Part shown: positions 37,720-47,637 of the stretch, in pieces
How the letters are laid out: each line of letters begins with the position of its first letter
Position numbering within the stretch: position 1 is the stretch's first letter
NCBI GenBank assembly: GCA_965223405.1
Contig: CBDCWO010000006.1
Span: 2,904,364 to 2,968,363 of the forward strand
DNA from: Saprospiraceae bacterium
GTDB lineage: Bacteria > Bacteroidota > Bacteroidia > Chitinophagales > Saprospiraceae
DNA length: 64,000 bases
Direction of reading: 5' to 3'
Notes under the pieces: generated by a model
The model's database searches: none
Told to the model about the DNA's origin: nothing
What the model saw: the letters and a program-made list of their open reading frames with translations, nothing else
Position numbers and translations under genes: made by a program

Positions 37720-38421
37720 TCAAATGTATCTTTCCCGCTTTTGTAAATTTATCAGAGCACCTAGGATAAAAACTACCGTTCCCACGCTTAAGAAAATCCG
37801 GCTTTTCCAAACGATTTGCTTCCAGGCCAGCTGACTGAATCCCCTGCGTGGGTCATAGGGATTTAAAAATACGTTCCAAAAAGTATCTTCCAGGAACTCA
37901 CTGAATATGGTCAATCCAACTCCGAGTATTACCATAACAACCGCCGTTGCATTACCATTTTTTATCCAGGTGGAAATCAAAAAAGCCAAACTACCCAGGA
38001 AGCAGATGGGAAACAACAATTGGATCGCTACTGAAACTGGATTTATTGGATACAACAACCAGGAACCAAGAGCAGCGAAAAGTATGAGTAAAATAAATAT
38101 TTGAGTAAATATCAGTACTAATCGAACCAGCCAAACTTTATAACGATAATCCGGAATACCAAAGTGGATTTCCAACATACGCGCATCCTCATCCCGTTGA
38201 ATCCCAAATACCACGGGATAAAAAATCAATAGAATGGCTGGAAAAAAAGTTAAAGAATAGATTGACCCAATATTGATTTCATCGTTTTCAAAAACACTTA
38301 TCACCATAAAAAATAGATAAAAAGCCAATGCGGCTACCAAAAACCAAAGAAAGCGTCCGGCAAAGATGACTTTCAAGTTATACTTGATCAAACTGCGGAT
38401 ATTTGTAATTGTATTGCGCAT
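37720..38421 (-). CDS. ABC-2-type permease-like 6-TM membrane protein, translationally coupled to the RND-ABC fusion gene
   Basis: 233-aa polytopic ORF. Its ATG overlaps the TAA of the upstream gene (TAATG at 38419-38423). Confidence 0.7.
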   Translation of the reverse strand: MRNTITNIRSLIKYNLKVIFAGRFLWFLVAALAFYLFFMVISVFENDEINIGSIYSLTFFPAILLIFYPVVFGIQRDEDARMLEIHFGIPDYRYKVWLVRLVLIFTQIFILLILFAALGSWLLYPINPVSVAIQLLFPICFLGSLAFLISTWIKNGNATAVVMVILGVGLTIFSEFLEDTFWNVFLNPYDPRRGFSQLAWKQIVWKSRIFLSVGTVVFILGALINLQKRERYI

Positions 38422-41400
38422 TAGTTTTTAATATTCTTTAATAAACACAAATAGGCATCCTCCAAAACGGGATCAACGGAAATGGCCGATTCCTGGGGTT
38501 TATGTAGGGAAATACATCGGACCCGTATGTGATCACCTTCACGCAGGTGATTAACTACAACCTCTTCTGATTCAACCGTGGCAAAGTCCACTGCCGGGAT
38601 GATATATTCCCAAACCAGTCCTTGCGCCAGACCAAGCATATCCTGTGGTGAACCCTGGTATTTTACAGCACCATGATCCAACACGGCCAATTGATTGCAA
38701 GAACTGGCGATATCTTCGATGATATGAGTAGAAAACAGGACAATCCGATCACGGCTTAATTGTACCAGGAGGTTTCTGAAACGAATACGTTCGCGAGGAT
38801 CCAATCCGGCTGTCGGTTCATCGACGATTAATATTCGAGGCAAATGAAGTAATATTTGAGCGATACCAATACGTTGTTTCATTCCACCGGAAAAGGAACC
38901 GATTTTTTCATGTTTGCGATCCAACATATTTACAGAATCCAACACATAGAGTAATCGTTCCTCCCTTTTATTGCGGTCATGCAATCCTTTGAGGATGGCT
39001 TGATAATCAAGAAAAGCCCAGGCCGTCATATTGTCATAACTTCCAAATGCCTGAGGTAGATACCCAATTAATCCCTGAAGTTCTTCACGTTTCTCCTGCG
39101 TATCAATACCATTGATCCAGATCTTGCCATAACTTTGTTCGAAGATTCCAGAGATGATACGCATTAAAGTTGATTTCCCGGCTCCATTGGGTCCTAGCAG
39201 CCCATACATGCCGGTACCAATATTCAATGACACGGTATCAAGGGCCTTAAATGGGATTTTACGTCTACCAAGCAGTGGGATGCTGATAATCGAGCGATAA
39301 TAAAATCGTCTCAGCTTTCCCTTTATCCTTTCAACCTTTAGCTGTTTACGGTAGAAATATGCCGACGATTTATAAACAATCAATACCAAATACCAAACTA
39401 AACCCCAAAAAATGGTATATCCCCATTCCTCCCATTTCTGATTCATTTGAAAAAGTAATACCAGCGGACTGGCCCAAAATAGGAGTTCTCCCAAAATCAT
39501 TGGGATCCATTTCTTTTTATCAGAATAAACTAAATTAAAGGCTAACTTGAACGGTTGCCATATTCCCAATAATAGAAGATAAATGCCTATTCCAATCAGG
39601 AGTATCCAAAAGCCATCCTGCAAATAAGAAAATGCAAACCATCCTAAAAAGATTAGAAGAGGAATTTTCCAAATAAACTCACTTAACAATGCACCCCAGC
39701 GAATCTTACCTTCTTCGGATTGAAGAACAAAAGATGGTGTTTTGCTGTTTGACCACTCTCTTGAAAACCGACCGGGTCGATTGTAAATCTTTACCAGGTT
39801 TTGGACCTTAATGTATAATGCTTCATCGGTAGAGATCAGCCTGGTCTGAGCACGTTTTAGACTCGCTAAAATAAAATATGTAATAGCCGGAATCAGGAAG
39901 ACCAATAACAGGATATCCAGCAATTGCCATAGAAATGAAGTTACTCTGAAATAGATCAGTAACCCTCCACAGACGAAAAGGATGACATTCAATATTTTTA
40001 TCCATAGAGATAAACCTCTAAACCAATTAATGGTATTTTCTAACCCCAAATAGACTGTGGGGATCACGATTAAAGTAAGTACTGTTCCCAAAGCCAAACC
40101 TCCAATCACAGTTATTGCAAAAGGTGCTCCAATTACACTGACATATTCTGCTGTACCCAACGCCAAGGGAAACATAGCGGCAATAGTAGTAATAGCTGTA
40201 ATCAGGATTGGGCGTAACCTATGAAGTCCAGCAGTGATTAATGCCCGGATTTTACGATAGCCCTTTCTCCTCAAAGCATTGACATAATCAATCATGATGA
40301 TGCCATTGTTGACAATAACACCCAAAAGGATTAAAAATCCGGTGAGGGTATTGGCGTTGAATAATCCATTTCCGGTGATTGTTAAGGCTAATAGTGACCC
40401 TGTAGCGGCTAGTGGCACGGAAAACATCAATACAAAAGGTGCTGACAAAGATTCAAACACTGAAGCCAGGATAATGAAAATAAGGAGAATGGCTGCTCCT
40501 GCCAGTGCTTTAAAATCTTTGATCTGATCCTGGGCTGCTTCCATTTCGATAGCAATTCCCGGAGGGACCGGGTAGTTTGAGATTAGCAACTTTATGCTTT
40601 CCTGGTGCGCTTCCAGAAGTTCTTTTGACTGATTGGCTTCTTGAGAGCGAGTGTAAGAAATCTGTATTTGTTTCTGTTGGTTGATACGCCTGATATCATC
40701 ATAACTTTCACCTGTACGGATAGCAGATAAGGTGGACATTTCATGAGCTCCACCTTCTTGATCAATAACTTCCAACTTTTTGAGATCTGACATGGTTTTG
40801 GGTTGGAATCCTGATTGAAGGTCTTCATTATCGCGTATGATAATATTGTATTCATCGTCAACATATCTGAACTTGGTGTCCGCAGGTGCCTCTTGTTCGA
40901 AATTTCTTAATGCGATAGCAATATTTTCCGGAGTGACTTTATTTCTGGCCAGGGTTAAGGGGTCAAAGGCCAGCAATACTTCAGGTCGGTTGCCACGAGT
41001 GCTAAGATTAGCATTCCGGGTATCGTCCAGGTTTTGGATATAATATAGAAGATCCTGGGCAACTCTCTGCAACAATCCATAGTCCTCTCCTTTCACGACA
41101 ATTTTTTCCTGATTTTCACCAAAACCCATTAGTTGTCCCAGAGCATCCAATCCACCTAGGCCTTGAGAACCCTCACCGGAATTACTGGAAGCAAAACTAA
41201 TTCGAGCACCTCCGATGCGGCGGGTGAGATCTTCAATTTCCGATTTGATATCATTATAGGATCGATTATCTATTTTTTCAAAATCTTCTTTAAGCTTAAT
41301 ATTTACGACAGCATCTTCCTCCTGGATACGACTGCTGATATCTTGTTTCTCGGCGAGACCCTCTAGTTTAGATTCAATTTCGAGGACAATCTTATCTGTT

Positions 41401-43112
41401 TTCTCGATGGTACTGCCTTTGGCCATGGTTACAAAGACATCGATCTGATCCCTTTCTACTTCTTCAAGAGTATTAATACTGATAGCCAGAACGGCAAATG
41501 TAGTGATGAAAAACAAAACTAATCCACCAAGAATAGTTCTTGCCGGATATCGCAAACTGCTTTTTAGTAATACCAGATAGATGCGGGATGTTCGGTTCAT
41601 TTCATTCCGGCGACCAAATAGTCCTTTTTGTCGCTTACCATAAAATCCCAAACCAAGTAAAGCCAATACCGGAATCAACAACAAAGCGACTAATAAAGAA
41701 ACCATCAATGTAGATATAATCGATACGCCAATGTGTTTTCCGATCAGAGCGACCAGATAATTTCCAAAAAACAGAAAAGGGATAAATACTGTAGCCGTAG
41801 TCAAGGTTGCGGCAAAAATGGCCTTGGCTACTCCTGATACGCCCACAGAGACCGCTTTATCTGTCCGGATACCTGTAGATACTTTACGGTAAATATTCTC
41901 CAATACGACTATGCTGTTATCAAGTAACATTCCTATCGCCAGAGCCATACCTACGAGGGTTAAACTATTGATGGTTATTCCAGCTCCATAAAACAAATTG
42001 AAAGCGGCGAAAACAGAAACCGGAATCGATAAGGCTATTACAGAAACTAAACGAAGATCTTTAAGGAAAATCCATAATACGAAAACGGCCAGCAAACCCC
42101 CGATCAGGGCAAGATCTATTATCTGCTGGATATTTTCCTCCATGGTATCTGCAAGATTATTTTGAATTACAATTTGTACATCCTTGGCATGCAATTGATC
42201 ATTTAGTTGATTGATTAACTCTTTACAGCGATGTGAAAGCTCGATGATATTGGCTTGTGAGGCTTTGGTGGCAGTAAGAGAAATGGCGTCCTTTCCGTTA
42301 ACCCGGCTAATAGATGTCTCCTTGTCTACTCCAAAAGATATTTTGGCAACATCCCTTAATAGGATTGGTCCCGGGGCCATAACGGTGTTTTCAATATCTT
42401 TTACTTGGGTATATTCGGAGGCCGTGCGTACAAAAAGTCTGCGGTTTCCTTCGTACACGAATCCCGCCAGCGTTCTACTTCCTGAGTTCTGCATTAGCCG
42501 CGAACGCACTTGATCCGGAGTAATTTTATGGGGCTCGCAAGCTTGCTTATCCAATAGGATTTCAAGGGTTTTCTGTTGTCCTCCAAAAATATTAAGTGAA
42601 GCAATTCCGTCCAGGTTTTCAAAGGCTGGTCTGATTTCTTTTTCCGATATATTACGTAATCGATCGGTTCCTCCGCTACCACGAATCTGTAGTTCCAAGA
42701 ATTGATTGGTCAGCTGTTGCACATCTATTTTTGAAACTCGAACCAGGATATCTGATGGCAACTGACTCTTAACCGCATCAATCTTTTGCTGTAGTTTCAA
42801 AAAGACATATTTGAACTTAATTGATTGATCAAAACTGACTTGGATAAAAGCCCTATTACCATTAATTCGGGTATCGATCTTTTCTACTCCCTCCATGGTT
42901 CCGATTACTCCTTCCACTGGTATCACCCCCTGTTGTTCCAGGTATTGAGGGCTGATTTGTCTGGGCGATCCCACCTGTATAAAGAGCATAGGGAGCTCAG
43001 CATTTGGAAGTAACTCCACCGGTAAATATCGATAGGAAATATAACCCAATAGGCTCAAGCCTATGAATATCATACAGATGGTTACTTTCCTATGGATGAA
43101 TGCTAACTTCAT
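38421..43112 (-). CDS. Fusion protein: complete RND (AcrB-type) permease, 2 TM helices, split ABC nucleotide-binding domain carrying a 4-TM insert
   Basis: Uninterrupted 1563 codons. The RND part is aa 1 to about 1030 (nt 43112 to about 40025; TM4 GMLLDNSIVVLENI, TM10 LLGVIVNNGIIMIDYV). The NBD beta-1 strand LYIKVQNLVKIYNRPG starts at aa 1098. The hydrophobic insert is aa about 1140-1250. The NBD core is aa 1286-1563 (nt 39257-38424) with GPNGAGKST, LPQ, FSGGMKQR, ILIVDEPTAGLD and FSTH. Confidence 0.85.
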   Translation of the reverse strand: MKLAFIHRKVTICMIFIGLSLLGYISYRYLPVELLPNAELPMLFIQVGSPRQISPQYLEQQGVIPVEGVIGTMEGVEKIDTRINGNRAFIQVSFDQSIKFKYVFLKLQQKIDAVKSQLPSDILVRVSKIDVQQLTNQFLELQIRGSGGTDRLRNISEKEIRPAFENLDGIASLNIFGGQQKTLEILLDKQACEPHKITPDQVRSRLMQNSGSRTLAGFVYEGNRRLFVRTASEYTQVKDIENTVMAPGPILLRDVAKISFGVDKETSISRVNGKDAISLTATKASQANIIELSHRCKELINQLNDQLHAKDVQIVIQNNLADTMEENIQQIIDLALIGGLLAVFVLWIFLKDLRLVSVIALSIPVSVFAAFNLFYGAGITINSLTLVGMALAIGMLLDNSIVVLENIYRKVSTGIRTDKAVSVGVSGVAKAIFAATLTTATVFIPFLFFGNYLVALIGKHIGVSIISTLMVSLLVALLLIPVLALLGLGFYGKRQKGLFGRRNEMNRTSRIYLVLLKSSLRYPARTILGGLVLFFITTFAVLAISINTLEEVERDQIDVFVTMAKGSTIEKTDKIVLEIESKLEGLAEKQDISSRIQEEDAVVNIKLKEDFEKIDNRSYNDIKSEIEDLTRRIGGARISFASSNSGEGSQGLGGLDALGQLMGFGENQEKIVVKGEDYGLLQRVAQDLLYYIQNLDDTRNANLSTRGNRPEVLLAFDPLTLARNKVTPENIAIALRNFEQEAPADTKFRYVDDEYNIIIRDNEDLQSGFQPKTMSDLKKLEVIDQEGGAHEMSTLSAIRTGESYDDIRRINQQKQIQISYTRSQEANQSKELLEAHQESIKLLISNYPVPPGIAIEMEAAQDQIKDFKALAGAAILLIFIILASVFESLSAPFVLMFSVPLAATGSLLALTITGNGLFNANTLTGFLILLGVIVNNGIIMIDYVNALRRKGYRKIRALITAGLHRLRPILITAITTIAAMFPLALGTAEYVSVIGAPFAITVIGGLALGTVLTLIVIPTVYLGLENTINWFRGLSLWIKILNVILFVCGGLLIYFRVTSFLWQLLDILLLVFLIPAITYFILASLKRAQTRLISTDEALYIKVQNLVKIYNRPGRFSREWSNSKTPSFVLQSEEGKIRWGALLSEFIWKIPLLIFLGWFAFSYLQDGFWILLIGIGIYLLLLGIWQPFKLAFNLVYSDKKKWIPMILGELLFWASPLVLLFQMNQKWEEWGYTIFWGLVWYLVLIVYKSSAYFYRKQLKVERIKGKLRRFYYRSIISIPLLGRRKIPFKALDTVSLNIGTGMYGLLGPNGAGKSTLMRIISGIFEQSYGKIWINGIDTQEKREELQGLIGYLPQAFGSYDNMTAWAFLDYQAILKGLHDRNKREERLLYVLDSVNMLDRKHEKIGSFSGGMKQRIGIAQILLHLPRILIVDEPTAGLDPRERIRFRNLLVQLSRDRIVLFSTHIIEDIASSCNQLAVLDHGAVKYQGSPQDMLGLAQGLVWEYIIPAVDFATVESEEVVVNHLREGDHIRVRCISLHKPQESAISVDPVLEDAYLCLLKNIKN

Positions 43113-43431
43113 TTAGGTGTTTACTATTTCCATTGTCATTGTCATTGTCATTTGTCCATTTTCTATATGTACTTTCATTCAAAATTCCACCCCCTGCCCC
43201 CTCAAGGGTCCCTCAAGGGGGACAAAATTCTTCCATTACCATTGTGATTGCTATTGTCATTGCTATTGCCATTTGCTTATCCAATCTCCATTCATACTTT
43301 CATTCAAAATTCCACATCACATTTCCATTTGTCATCAACTTTTTCAGAAATACGGATACAATTACTATTGTCATTTATTTCAAGCAGATTTTCATTTTCA
43401 TTTCTTTATCTACTCAACATTGAATTCAATT
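43113..43431. repeat. Structured repeat spacer between the two RND genes
   Basis: Two degenerate 125-bp direct repeats each contain a hexamer tract ((cattgt)n-like at 43130-43160 and 43231-43276) and an identical 20-mer actttcattcaaaattccac (43171-43190 and 43296-43315). An imperfect 25-nt palindrome ccccctcaagggtccctcaaggggg lies at 43197-43221. Confidence 0.8.
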
Positions 43432-46400
43432 TCATTTGTCATTATTATTGTTGCCTCCAAAATCGATTGCCGAATAAACACAAGGAATCACGACAAGAGT
43501 CAGAAGCGTGGAGGTCACTAATCCTCCGATTACTGCCCAAGCCATGGGTGCTCTGAGGGCTGCACTTTCTCCAAATCCAAAGGTGAGCGGTAATAAAGCG
43601 AGTATGGTTGTAATACTGGTCATTAGAATAGGTCGTATTCGCTGCTGACCCGCAAGTACAATCGCATTGTTTCGACTTAATCCTCCACGCTTCAATTGGT
43701 TGATTCGATCCACAAGAATAATGGCATCGTTAACAGCTATGCCTACCAGCATGATGATACCTATAATGGCCATAATATTCAATGGAGTATTTAGCCAATA
43801 AAATGTAAAAATAGTGCCGACGACTGCAAGAGGAATCGTAAATAATATGATGAAAGGATGCAAAAGAGACTCAAATTGAGAGGCCATAACCATATAGACC
43901 AGGACTATGGATAAAATGAGAGAAAAAGTCAGACTTTGAAGTGATTGCTGTCGACGTGCTTCGTCTCCCACTACCGAAATACTGTAATTCGGTGGTAAAC
44001 TTATCGTGCTGGTTCGTTCTCGAATCTGGTTGGCCACGAATTCCAATGGTACTTGTTTGTCGGTTTGAGCGTAAACTTTTCCAATTCTGGCTTGATTACG
44101 TCGATGGATTTCCCGTGGTGCAATCGATGGGTTTAAAGTTGCGATTTCATGAAGACGATATTCTTTATCACCACCGTTGATGGTGATATTTTTAAAATCA
44201 TCCAGACCAATATCTGGCATCATCAGATCGATATCGATCATTTCCCCGGACTGTTCGATTTTTCCAGCAGTTTTGCCCTGCAATTGATCCTGGATTTGGG
44301 CAATCACATTACTCATATCCAAATTATACAAACCAAGTTTCAAGCGATCAAATAGAACTTCTATTTCCGGAGCTCCTTGTTCGATGGAAGTGCGCACATT
44401 TTGCAGCTCAGGCATATCCATTAAGCTATTCCGGACAGCTTGAGTAAGATCTTCTATGATATCCAAATTATCTCCTTTTATTTCCACTACCAATGGAGAT
44501 TCTTCCATGCTTAGGATGCTATTCAAAGAGGATACTTCAGGAGAGAATGAAAACTTAACACCAGATATTCCCGCAGTGATTTCATCGAGTGCCGAAATTA
44601 CATTTTGAGTTCCTAACCGGGTGCTATCAGTCAATGCTACTTCAATAATAGCGGTATGCTCACCTTGAAATAAAGAGGATCGATCTCCTCCTTCCAATTC
44701 GGTCTTCGGACCAATATGGCTATACACAAATTTAAGATCTTCATCCAATGCCTGCTGGATTATCCCTTCTACGTTGCTAATGGTAGCGGCTGTTCTGGCC
44801 AGGACAGTTCCCTCCGGCATTTGAACATTTACGCGAAATTTTTTGGTGGTGGATCTCGGCATGAATTCAGTACCAATCGAAGAATATAAATAAAGGGCTC
44901 CGGCCATAAGCAAAGCAGCGAGGAAAATAATCGCCCATTTTATTCTAAGCATGCCCTGTAGAAAGCCACCATATCTGCGGAGTTGAAATGATTTTGCCTT
45001 GGCAGGAGCATTCCTTTTTCGGTAAAAACGATGATATAACATCGGAATCACAAAAATAGCGACAAAAAGAGATGACAATAGTGAAAAGGCCACCGTCCAG
45101 GCTTGATCTTTAAACAGCTCGCCAGCTGCATCTTGTAAATAGACTACTGGCAGAAAAACAATAATCGTAGTCAATGTGGATGCAGTAATAGCCCCCCCAA
45201 CTTCAGCTGTACCAGTAATGACTGCGGATTTGGTGTCTGCGCCGGATTCGTGATTACGAAAAATATTTTCCAGGACTACAATGGCATTATCAACCAACAT
45301 TCCGGCACCCAAAGCAAGGCCGCCAAGTGTCATGATATTAATGGTCAGACCATTGAAATACATCAGTGTGAACGTCGCAATGATGGAAATAGGAATGGCT
45401 ATACCAATGATCAACGTCGTTCCAAAACGGTGCAAAAAGATAAAAAGAACGATAATTGCTAAGAGAATTCCAATTAACGCCGTTTCCTGAACTTCATCAA
45501 CAGCCGTTTTAATAAATGTGCCCTGATTCGAAATGATTTCAAAATGATATCCTGGAAGTGCAGACTCAATCACATCAAATGCCTCACTAATTTCTTCAAC
45601 GGCTTTGACCGTATTAAACCGGTTTTCCTTAAATATAGATAATCCGATGCAGCGATGGCCGTTGATCCGAACGATGTTTTTAGGTTCTTTATTAGTAAAC
45701 TTTGTTTCAGCAATGTCTTGCAAATAAATTGGAGTTCTATTGATATCGGCTTCATTTTCCGGTACGTTCAGATTTTCAGCTGTGGCTTGATCATGCTCTG
45801 AGCTTTCATTATAACCGATAATTAAATTATTGAAATCAGTCTCTGTCTCCAGCATACCTACTCCTTTTACTGTGTATCTTAGACCTAGGTCTTCTACAGT
45901 CCCTCCGGAAACATTTTGGTTGAAACTTTGAATTTTTTGGGTGATGTCATCAACGGTCAACTTGAAGGCTTTCAATTTATGCAGATCTGGTTTAATCACA
46001 ACTTCATGTTCTTCTTGTCCGGAAAGCGTAACCTGGGCAACTCCTTCAAGTCGCATTAATTCATTGCTGATGTAATTTTGGCTTATCTTCCTGAGTTCAT
46101 TTAAATCTGTAATTGAGGAATGAGAAATCCCTACTAGCATGATGGGTGCACTATTGGGATCAAACTGAGTTACATTGACGCGATCCAGTTCTCCACTTTG
46201 ATTAAAATCGTTTATGGCCTTCTGTAAATCCAGAAATGCTTCATCCATATCCTTGTTCCAATTGTATTCGATAGTCAGCTGGGCTGATCCGATACGGGTC
46301 ACTGAGGCAACCTGGGTGACACCTTGTTGTCTCATGGATAAAGCCTCGATTTGTTCTACATACTGCTTTTCAATTTCCTCCGGAGCCTTTTCACCGGCAT

Positions 46401-46551
46401 GAATTTCGATAAAAAGCCGGGGGGAGTTCAGATCCGGAAACAAGTCTACCCCTAATCGGGAGTATGATATGTACCCCAAAATGCATATTCCGAGTATTGC
46501 CATCAGAATGGTTACGGGAAAATTAACGGCAAATTGGATCAGTTTTTTCAT
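43432..46551 (-). CDS. RND (AcrB-type) efflux permease
   Basis: 1039 aa with 12-TM topology and two large periplasmic loops. TM4 is GAGMLVDNAIVVLENI and TM10 is MLVGIAVNDAIILVDRI. The start overlaps the adaptor gene stop (ATGA at 46548-46551). Confidence 0.9.
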   Translation of the reverse strand: MKKLIQFAVNFPVTILMAILGICILGYISYSRLGVDLFPDLNSPRLFIEIHAGEKAPEEIEKQYVEQIEALSMRQQGVTQVASVTRIGSAQLTIEYNWNKDMDEAFLDLQKAINDFNQSGELDRVNVTQFDPNSAPIMLVGISHSSITDLNELRKISQNYISNELMRLEGVAQVTLSGQEEHEVVIKPDLHKLKAFKLTVDDITQKIQSFNQNVSGGTVEDLGLRYTVKGVGMLETETDFNNLIIGYNESSEHDQATAENLNVPENEADINRTPIYLQDIAETKFTNKEPKNIVRINGHRCIGLSIFKENRFNTVKAVEEISEAFDVIESALPGYHFEIISNQGTFIKTAVDEVQETALIGILLAIIVLFIFLHRFGTTLIIGIAIPISIIATFTLMYFNGLTINIMTLGGLALGAGMLVDNAIVVLENIFRNHESGADTKSAVITGTAEVGGAITASTLTTIIVFLPVVYLQDAAGELFKDQAWTVAFSLLSSLFVAIFVIPMLYHRFYRKRNAPAKAKSFQLRRYGGFLQGMLRIKWAIIFLAALLMAGALYLYSSIGTEFMPRSTTKKFRVNVQMPEGTVLARTAATISNVEGIIQQALDEDLKFVYSHIGPKTELEGGDRSSLFQGEHTAIIEVALTDSTRLGTQNVISALDEITAGISGVKFSFSPEVSSLNSILSMEESPLVVEIKGDNLDIIEDLTQAVRNSLMDMPELQNVRTSIEQGAPEIEVLFDRLKLGLYNLDMSNVIAQIQDQLQGKTAGKIEQSGEMIDIDLMMPDIGLDDFKNITINGGDKEYRLHEIATLNPSIAPREIHRRNQARIGKVYAQTDKQVPLEFVANQIRERTSTISLPPNYSISVVGDEARRQQSLQSLTFSLILSIVLVYMVMASQFESLLHPFIILFTIPLAVVGTIFTFYWLNTPLNIMAIIGIIMLVGIAVNDAIILVDRINQLKRGGLSRNNAIVLAGQQRIRPILMTSITTILALLPLTFGFGESAALRAPMAWAVIGGLVTSTLLTLVVIPCVYSAIDFGGNNNNDK

Positions 46552-47603
46552 CTCAATATTTTCACTTTGGACTTATTGCGTAGTGTTTCAAATCCCTTAA
46601 CAACCAGACGTTCGTTTTCTTCTAAACCACTGATTACTTCGATCTGATCTTCATTTTCGAGTCCGGTTGTAATCATACGTTCGAAGGCGGTGTTTTCCTG
46701 AACTACAAATACCCTTTTACCTCTCTGATCAGAAATAATCACTTCCTTGGGGATGGTGATGATGTCCTCTTTTTGATCGACTTTGATAAGTATTTTGACA
46801 AACATCCCGGGACGTATCAACAGTTTTGGATTGCTGAAGCGGACTCTGCCTAAATAGGTACGGGTATTGACGTCGATGGCTGGTGAAAGTTCAGTAATAG
46901 TTCCCGGTATGGTATCATTTGGTAAGCTGTAATTGGTGATTTGCACTTTCTGTCCTGGTTTTACTTCCATCATGGTATTTTCCGGCAGACTTACATCCAC
47001 ATACATGCGAGAATAATTCATGACTGTGACCAATGGATTGCCTTGTTGAATTATACTATTTTGCGTGTAGTGTGGAAGCTTCACTATGACGCCAGAAACC
47101 GGTATTTCAACCCGCATCTTCTCCAATCGTATCTGGGCATTTTCAAGGTCTTTCTTGGCATTTGTCAGCTGCAATTCCGAATTTCGTAATTCTCGCAAAG
47201 TAACCCCACCTTTGTCGAAAACAGATTTTTGTTTTTCATATTCCTGTTGTGCCAATTCAAGATTCATTTTCACTGACTCCAATCCAATGTTGTTTACATA
47301 TTCTTTATCTTCAATTTCGACAAAAGCTTGTCCGGCTTTGACCCAATCGCCTAATTTATATGGACGTTTTCGCGTTGGATGATTTTTTAGCTTGTATTTG
47401 CCATTAATTTGGGCCGTCAGTTCAATCTCTTTATCAGCCAGCGCATTTCCAGTAGCAATGGTATGCCGGGTTAAAGAACCGCTTTTTATTTCTACAACAG
47501 ATACAGGAGCGGCAATATCTATATTGGGGCTTTCCTCTTCGGTCTGGTTACAGGCGAGAAGGATTAGCAAAGCATAAATGAGGATATAATATTGTTTTTT
47601 CAC
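46548..47603 (-). CDS. Efflux RND periplasmic adaptor (membrane fusion protein), lipoprotein
   Basis: 351 aa with lipobox LLLAC. It has lipoyl/hairpin/beta-barrel architecture (coiled-coil ELAQQEYEKQK...LENAQIRLEKM). Confidence 0.85.
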   Translation of the reverse strand: MKKQYYILIYALLILLACNQTEEESPNIDIAAPVSVVEIKSGSLTRHTIATGNALADKEIELTAQINGKYKLKNHPTRKRPYKLGDWVKAGQAFVEIEDKEYVNNIGLESVKMNLELAQQEYEKQKSVFDKGGVTLRELRNSELQLTNAKKDLENAQIRLEKMRVEIPVSGVIVKLPHYTQNSIIQQGNPLVTVMNYSRMYVDVSLPENTMMEVKPGQKVQITNYSLPNDTIPGTITELSPAIDVNTRTYLGRVRFSNPKLLIRPGMFVKILIKVDQKEDIITIPKEVIISDQRGKRVFVVQENTAFERMITTGLENEDQIEVISGLEENERLVVKGFETLRNKSKVKILR

Positions 47604-47637
47604 AAGTTTAGTTTTAATTATTTATTTGTTGATACAA

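Noticed and set aside
43100-43556. Three overlapping plus-strand ORFs (107, 134 and 102 aa) in the RND spacer
   Set aside because: All three frames are open only because the CATTGT-type repeats lack stop triplets on that strand. The products are low-complexity (IVIVIVI, CHCYCH) and overlap the 3' end of the RND1 gene.
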